Shown here: piece by piece, positions 50,172 to 54,439 of the stretch | Numbering within the stretch: the first letter of the stretch is position 1 | Layout of the letters: each line of letters starts with the position of its first letter | Virus record (IMG/VR): IMGVR_UViG_3300025102_000037 | Coordinates: 1 to 54,439 of that record | Source of the DNA: a virus | Lineage: Duplodnaviria > Caudoviricetes | Direction: 5' to 3' (one strand) | DNA length: 54,439 nt | Notes under the pieces: generated by a model | The model's input: only the letters and a program-made list of their open reading frames with translations | Databases searched by the model: none | What the model was told of the DNA's origin: nothing | Made by a program: the position numbers and the translations under genes

Positions 50172-51863
50172 ATGAACCGACTCGTACTAGACATTGAGGC
50201 CAACGGCTTAAATGAAATTAATTTAAATTCAAAAGGCAATGTGATCCCTGAGGTAACTCAGGTTCACTGCCTTGTTATCAAGGACGTAGACACAAATGAA
50301 ATTAAAACTTATACTGGTATGGACATTAGATCTGGCGTTGATGTGTTGCGCAATGCCGACTGTCTTATTGGCCATAACATTACGATATATGACATCCCTG
50401 TGCTCGAAAGGTTCTACGGTCCTATTCTCACTGAGCAACAAGATACTCTCATTATCTCCCGAATGATGTACCCTGAACGGGGTGATCATCCATTGGGTGG
50501 TAACTCTCTTGAGTGCTGGGGCAAACACCTTGGTTGTCACAAGCAAGACTATCAAGGTGGTTGGGAAAAATACTCAGATGAAATGCTAGAGTATTGTATT
50601 CAAGACGTAGAAGTTTCTCATAAGATTTGGGAAGCACAACAGGAGTTTATAGATGCAAATCCTAAATCCGTTTGGCTTGAGCAGCAAGTTACAAGAATTA
50701 TTGCTAATCAAATTGCTAATGGCTTTTGCTTTGACATTGATGCTGCATACGATTTGGAAGAAGAGTTGCAGTACAATAAGATTTCTATTGAAGATGAAAT
50801 GAGACAAACATTTCCACCTCTTACTGAAGAACGCTGGTCCGAGAAAACAGGACGGCGACTCAAAGATAAGGTAACAGTCTTCAACCCGGGTTCCCGCAAG
50901 CAAATTGCGGAGCGGCTTAGTACCAAGTATGGTTGGGTTCCCCCATTAACCGACAAGGGTAATCCAAAGGTTGACGAAGCTGTGCTTAGAGAACTCAAGT
51001 ATCCAGAAGCTAAGGTACTGATCAAATATTTTGATACTATCAAACTACAAGGTCAAGTATCTGACTGGATCAAGCGGGCTTACCATAGCCGTGATGGTAA
51101 GATTCACGGCATGGTAAACCCACAGGGTACAGTGACGGGTCGTATGACTGCATCACAACCCAACCTGCAACAAGTGTCAGGAGACAAGAGAGCACGAGCA
51201 TTGTTCAAACCTTCTACTGGTAATGTACAAGTCGGTATTGATGCTAGTGGTCTAGAAGCACGCATGCTTGCATCCCGTATGGCTAAGTATGACATGGGAG
51301 CGTATGCAAAGATTATTCTAGAGGGAGATATCCACTCTGAGAATCAACATGCTGCTGGATTGCCAACAAGAAACGATGCAAAGACTTTCTTCTATGGCTT
51401 CTTGTATGGTGCTGGTAATGTAAAGATTGGTAAGATCATTGGCAAGAATGCTAATGCTGGTGCTGCTCTTAAGAAAAAGTTCTTGACTCGTTTGCCAGCT
51501 TTGAAGAAAGTTATTGATGATGTCAAGGCACATGTTGATAAGACTGGTAAAGTTAAACTGCTTGATGGTAGGCTTGTACCCTGTCGATCACAACATGCTG
51601 CACTCAATGTGCAACTGCAAGGTGATGGTGCTATTGTAATGAAGGTAGCACAAGTTCTCCTTGAACGTAAGATCAAAGACATGCCTGTTAAGTTTATGGC
51701 TACGGTGCATGACGAGTGGCAGCTTGAATGTCCAGCAGATATTGCAGAAGAGGTAGGCAAGCTTGGTGTACAAGCTCTACTTGAGGCGGGCGATAAGTTA
51801 GATTGTAAGATGCCCATTGATGGTGAGTATCAAATCGGAAAGGACTGGTCAGAATGTCACTGA
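50172..51863 (+). CDS. Family A DNA polymerase (T7 gp5-like)
   Basis: Exonuclease motifs LDIEANGL, GHNI..YD, YCIQDV; polymerase motifs TGRMT, DASGLEAR, RNDAKTFFYGFLYG, VHDEWQ. ATG 50172 follows AGGAGG. Confidence 0.97.
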   Translation: MNRLVLDIEANGLNEINLNSKGNVIPEVTQVHCLVIKDVDTNEIKTYTGMDIRSGVDVLRNADCLIGHNITIYDIPVLERFYGPILTEQQDTLIISRMMYPERGDHPLGGNSLECWGKHLGCHKQDYQGGWEKYSDEMLEYCIQDVEVSHKIWEAQQEFIDANPKSVWLEQQVTRIIANQIANGFCFDIDAAYDLEEELQYNKISIEDEMRQTFPPLTEERWSEKTGRRLKDKVTVFNPGSRKQIAERLSTKYGWVPPLTDKGNPKVDEAVLRELKYPEAKVLIKYFDTIKLQGQVSDWIKRAYHSRDGKIHGMVNPQGTVTGRMTASQPNLQQVSGDKRARALFKPSTGNVQVGIDASGLEARMLASRMAKYDMGAYAKIILEGDIHSENQHAAGLPTRNDAKTFFYGFLYGAGNVKIGKIIGKNANAGAALKKKFLTRLPALKKVIDDVKAHVDKTGKVKLLDGRLVPCRSQHAALNVQLQGDGAIVMKVAQVLLERKIKDMPVKFMATVHDEWQLECPADIAEEVGKLGVQALLEAGDKLDCKMPIDGEYQIGKDWSECH

Positions 51864-52435
51864 TTAGTGTAGACTTTTATGAATTCAGGGATGATCCAGT
51901 GGCTAATTTGGTTTGGCTTACAACTAAGCCTTTGTTTACAAAGACACCGCGTAAAATTAGCCATTGCAATCTTGTACTAGAATTTGGTGGTAATAAATAT
52001 ACTGTAGTAACAAGCGATAAGTTTTCTGCTAGAGTAGTTGATAGAAATAAATTCAATGAGTTGTATGAGCCACCTGTATACAGCCATGTGTTTGGTGAAA
52101 CTAATCTTACCTATAGCACATTGAATAAACTAGTCACTGGTTATCGAGGTAGTATTTTAGAAACTGCATGGTGGCGATTGACTGGTTACTATTTGGGATG
52201 GAAACCAAGGTTGTGTACAATTCTGTCGCAAGAGATTTTACGAAGCAGTGGGTATATGGTACAATATAACCACAAACCTATTGAGTTTTATGAGGAGTTA
52301 AAGAATGAAAACTATTATGTTCTCAGGCAAAGCAAGGGTTGGGAAGACCCACGCTGCGAATCTGATTGCAGAGCTCGCATTTGCGGACGGTCTGAGGCCA
52401 GTATTTCTGCCCTTCGCAAAGCCTATCAAAGATAA
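51854..52435 (+). CDS. Possible permuted papain-like (NlpC/P60, YaeF/YiiX-type) protein
   Basis: ISHCNLV near the N-terminus and LCTILSQEILRSSG later, i.e. His-before-Cys order. Confidence 0.45.
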   Translation: MSLISVDFYEFRDDPVANLVWLTTKPLFTKTPRKISHCNLVLEFGGNKYTVVTSDKFSARVVDRNKFNELYEPPVYSHVFGETNLTYSTLNKLVTGYRGSILETAWWRLTGYYLGWKPRLCTILSQEILRSSGYMVQYNHKPIEFYEELKNENYYVLRQSKGWEDPRCESDCRARICGRSEASISALRKAYQR

Positions 52436-52976
52436 AGCCAAGGTTGAAGGCTATACCAAAGAGGATAATCCTCAGGAGTATAGGTCTTATTGTCAATTGA
52501 TGGGCGAGACTGCTCGTGGTATTGATCCTGATCATTGGATTAAAGCATGGCAGAAAGAGTTTGAATCTTATCAAGATAAAGAGTCTGATTTAATTAGACA
52601 AGATAAGAAACATTGGGAGTATCTCGTTATTGTAGATGACTGCCGTTATTTAAATGAGATTGCATTGTGTAAAGATCTTAATGCACATCTTTGTTTTGTA
52701 TCACACGGTCCTCGTGAATTGGAGGATCATTATGGAAATTGGAGGAATCATGAATCTGAAGAATGGGCTAATGAAGTTGAGGACAATGGTCAAGATTACG
52801 ATGTGGAACATTGGATCGAAAATCATAATGGCATCAAGACGTATGAAAGGATGATCCGAGAAGTTTATTATCAAGTCAGTAAGACTGAGGCTGTCTCTAT
52901 TGCTAGTATGAAAAAAACTATTAAGAAGTTATTGGATATGTTAGATGATGAAGAAACCAAAGACAGCGGTAATTGA
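52305..52976 (+). CDS. Deoxynucleoside monophosphate kinase-like P-loop protein
   Basis: FSGKARVGKT, FAKPIK, R...QLMGETAR..DPDHWI, IVDDCRYLNE. RBS GAGGAG. Confidence 0.82.
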   Translation: MKTIMFSGKARVGKTHAANLIAELAFADGLRPVFLPFAKPIKDKAKVEGYTKEDNPQEYRSYCQLMGETARGIDPDHWIKAWQKEFESYQDKESDLIRQDKKHWEYLVIVDDCRYLNEIALCKDLNAHLCFVSHGPRELEDHYGNWRNHESEEWANEVEDNGQDYDVEHWIENHNGIKTYERMIREVYYQVSKTEAVSIASMKKTIKKLLDMLDDEETKDSGN

Positions 52977-53715
52977 CGGAGATATCCTAGTATATCGTGC
53001 GTCATTCTGGGCGGACATGGAAGGCATTGACGAGCTTCCTGTACGCTTGAAGCATGATGTTAAGAGATGGACACCACGGGGCTGCAAGCCTATTGTAGCC
53101 CTGTCCTGTCCCCGTAAACAGAACTTTAGACGCAGGGTGTGGCCTGAATACAAAGCTCACCGTGATGACACCAATCAACCTGATTCTATTAACTATGCTA
53201 TTGAAATTATAGTTGATGGTTTTGATATTGTTAAGTATCCCCAGCTTGAGGCTGATGATATTATGGGTATTGAAGCATCAGCTGGCAATGCCATTGCTGT
53301 AACTATTGATAAGGACTTACGTTGTGTCCCCGGCTGGCACTGGAATCCTGATAAAGAAAAGAAACCTATCTGTATATCCGAAGAGGATGCGGATAGGTTT
53401 TTTTATGAGCAGTGGATGACTGGAGATACGACCGATAATATCCCCGGTCTATGGAAAGTGGGACCTAAGAAGGCTCAGAAATTTTTAGACAACACGCCTC
53501 CCGAAGATTGGGTAAAAGAGATCCAAGAAATGTATCGTGTCGAAGAGAGGCCAGAACATAAGGGTCGAGCAGGTTTAGATCCTATAAGGTTTGGGAAAGC
53601 TATGGCTTGGTGTGTACGAATACTCCGTGATGGAGAGTACGATAAGTCTAGTCAGCTCATAAACTTATGGAACTTTGGGTATAAAGGAGACAAGAATGGA
53701 TTCCAAATGTTCTAA
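52945..53715 (+). CDS. 5'-3' exonuclease (T7 gp6-like)
   Basis: IDGDILVY, NFRR..WPEYKAHR, LEADDIMG, IDKDL..VPG, GDTTDNIPGLWKVGPKKA. Confidence 0.93.
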   Translation: MMKKPKTAVIDGDILVYRASFWADMEGIDELPVRLKHDVKRWTPRGCKPIVALSCPRKQNFRRRVWPEYKAHRDDTNQPDSINYAIEIIVDGFDIVKYPQLEADDIMGIEASAGNAIAVTIDKDLRCVPGWHWNPDKEKKPICISEEDADRFFYEQWMTGDTTDNIPGLWKVGPKKAQKFLDNTPPEDWVKEIQEMYRVEERPEHKGRAGLDPIRFGKAMAWCVRILRDGEYDKSSQLINLWNFGYKGDKNGFQMF

Positions 53716-53794
53716 TTGTGGTGCTACTAATATGGTTCAAGCGGGCGTGTGTTCTGTATGTACTAATTGTGGTTCAACTAGTGGTTGTTCCTAA
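53696..53794 (+). CDS. 32-aa Zn-ribbon peptide resembling the NrdJ C-terminus, not in the ORF track
   Basis: RBS AAGGAG; MDSKCSNCGATNMVQAGVCSVCTNCGSTSGCS; TAA overlaps the next ATG. Confidence 0.7.
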   Translation: MDSKCSNCGATNMVQAGVCSVCTNCGSTSGCS

Positions 53795-53985
53795 TGTATT
53801 TTGAAAAAGTAACTAGATGTAACTCCTGTGGTCGTTTGACTACAGGGGTTTTTGTTCATGGACACACACAATGTTCGTGGTGTAAAGTAAATATAGAGCC
53901 CTGTTGTCAGGGTCAGGAGAATAATCATGCCATATGTAAAAGAAACAATTATCAACAAAGCACAGAAAGCCGTAAGATTAACTGA
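53794..53985 (+). CDS. Small Cys/His-rich (Zn-binding) phage protein
   Basis: CNSCG...VHGHTQCSWC..NIEPCCQG. Confidence 0.65.
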   Translation: MYFEKVTRCNSCGRLTTGVFVHGHTQCSWCKVNIEPCCQGQENNHAICKRNNYQQSTESRKIN

Positions 53986-54160
53986 TGCTGAGTTGTCTAT
54001 TGTGATTGGACACCTTTTAATTGAAAATGAAAAGTGCCATGAAAAAATTGAGGAGTTAAAGAATGAAGTCAAAGAGCTTTCCACAAATCGACAGCCTCGT
54101 GCCAAAGCTACTAAGCGAAATGTACCCACCACTGGAGTATCAGGAGAAGGTAACTCGTGA
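53927..54160 (+). CDS. Small coiled-coil hypothetical protein
   Basis: RBS AGGAG; heptad-rich. Confidence 0.6.
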   Translation: MPYVKETIINKAQKAVRLTDAELSIVIGHLLIENEKCHEKIEELKNEVKELSTNRQPRAKATKRNVPTTGVSGEGNS

Positions 54161-54245
54161 AGAGTGGGCCTTCCGTGGCGGTCAACGTGACATCATTAGA
54201 AAGTTAGAAACAATTATTAAACAACAAGAGAAGGGAGCCCGATAA
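54063..54245 (+). CDS. Small T7-like phage protein of the type found before portal genes
   Basis: LSEMYPP...AFRGGQRDIIRKLE motif; RBS GAGGAG. Confidence 0.6.
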   Translation: MKSKSFPQIDSLVPKLLSEMYPPLEYQEKVTREEWAFRGGQRDIIRKLETIIKQQEKGAR

Positions 54246-54439
54246 TGCATGAACCATTTCATTTTGAGACACCATCTCAAGCACAAGCAAGATTAAGAGC
54301 AGAACGCGAAGCAGCAAGAGATGCAGCAGGTTATGGCTCCGGTCCCTTATCTAATGCTTTATATGATATACAAACTATCGAAGGTGACACTGGTATTGAG
54401 CGAGGAATGAATCGTCTTTATCGAACGGCAACAGGTAAA
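54245..54439 (+). CDS. Hypothetical protein, 3'-truncated
   Basis: ATG overlaps the upstream TAA, RBS GGGAG; frame open to the window end (MHEPFHFETPSQAQARLRAE...). Confidence 0.6.
   Translation, partial: MHEPFHFETPSQAQARLRAEREAARDAAGYGSGPLSNALYDIQTIEGDTGIERGMNRLYRTATGK

Noticed and set aside
1-54439. T7-style ~23-bp conserved phage promoter
   Set aside because: I could not find a convincing repeated motif upstream of middle or late genes by eye. The shared CTTGAAAGGATT before 32557 and 35831 is explained as an RBS. A motif search of intergenic regions is needed.

Overview
This window is most of the genome of a T7-like (Autographiviridae-type) podovirus, with every credible gene on the + strand. 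From 1 to ~32.5 kb it carries AT-rich late genes: an enlarged tail nozzle, Cys-rich fibre-like proteins, the terminases, three internal-virion-type proteins including a 5327-aa giant, and a holin. A sharp switch to a GC-richer, hairpin-dense early region follows at ~32.5-38.2 kb, probably across the junction of the genome ends. Small early/middle genes and the T7-type replication module come next (RNAP, SSB, RusA, two tRNAs, primase-helicase, family A DNA polymerase, kinase, exonuclease). The main finding is a candidate three-polymerase system of single-subunit T7-family RNA polymerases: (1) a canonical 812-aa RNAP at 42424-44862; (2) a compact 594-aa RNAP lacking ~250 N-terminal residues at 35831-37615; (3) RNAP motifs A and B plus a pre-motif-C-like segment inside the 5327-aa virion protein, which also has a SAP-like motif and an HExxH peptidase motif, recalling the N4 virion RNAP. 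The third is inferred from motifs only and its catalytic motif C is not cleanly visible. Other notable items are a CCA-ending tRNA-like structured RNA, a repeated C-TTARCG-G hairpin, a PEP-CTERM-type protein suggesting a Planctomycetota host, a standalone NrdJ-like Zn-ribbon peptide and strong CCWGG avoidance. All calls come from reading motifs by eye; no searches were run.
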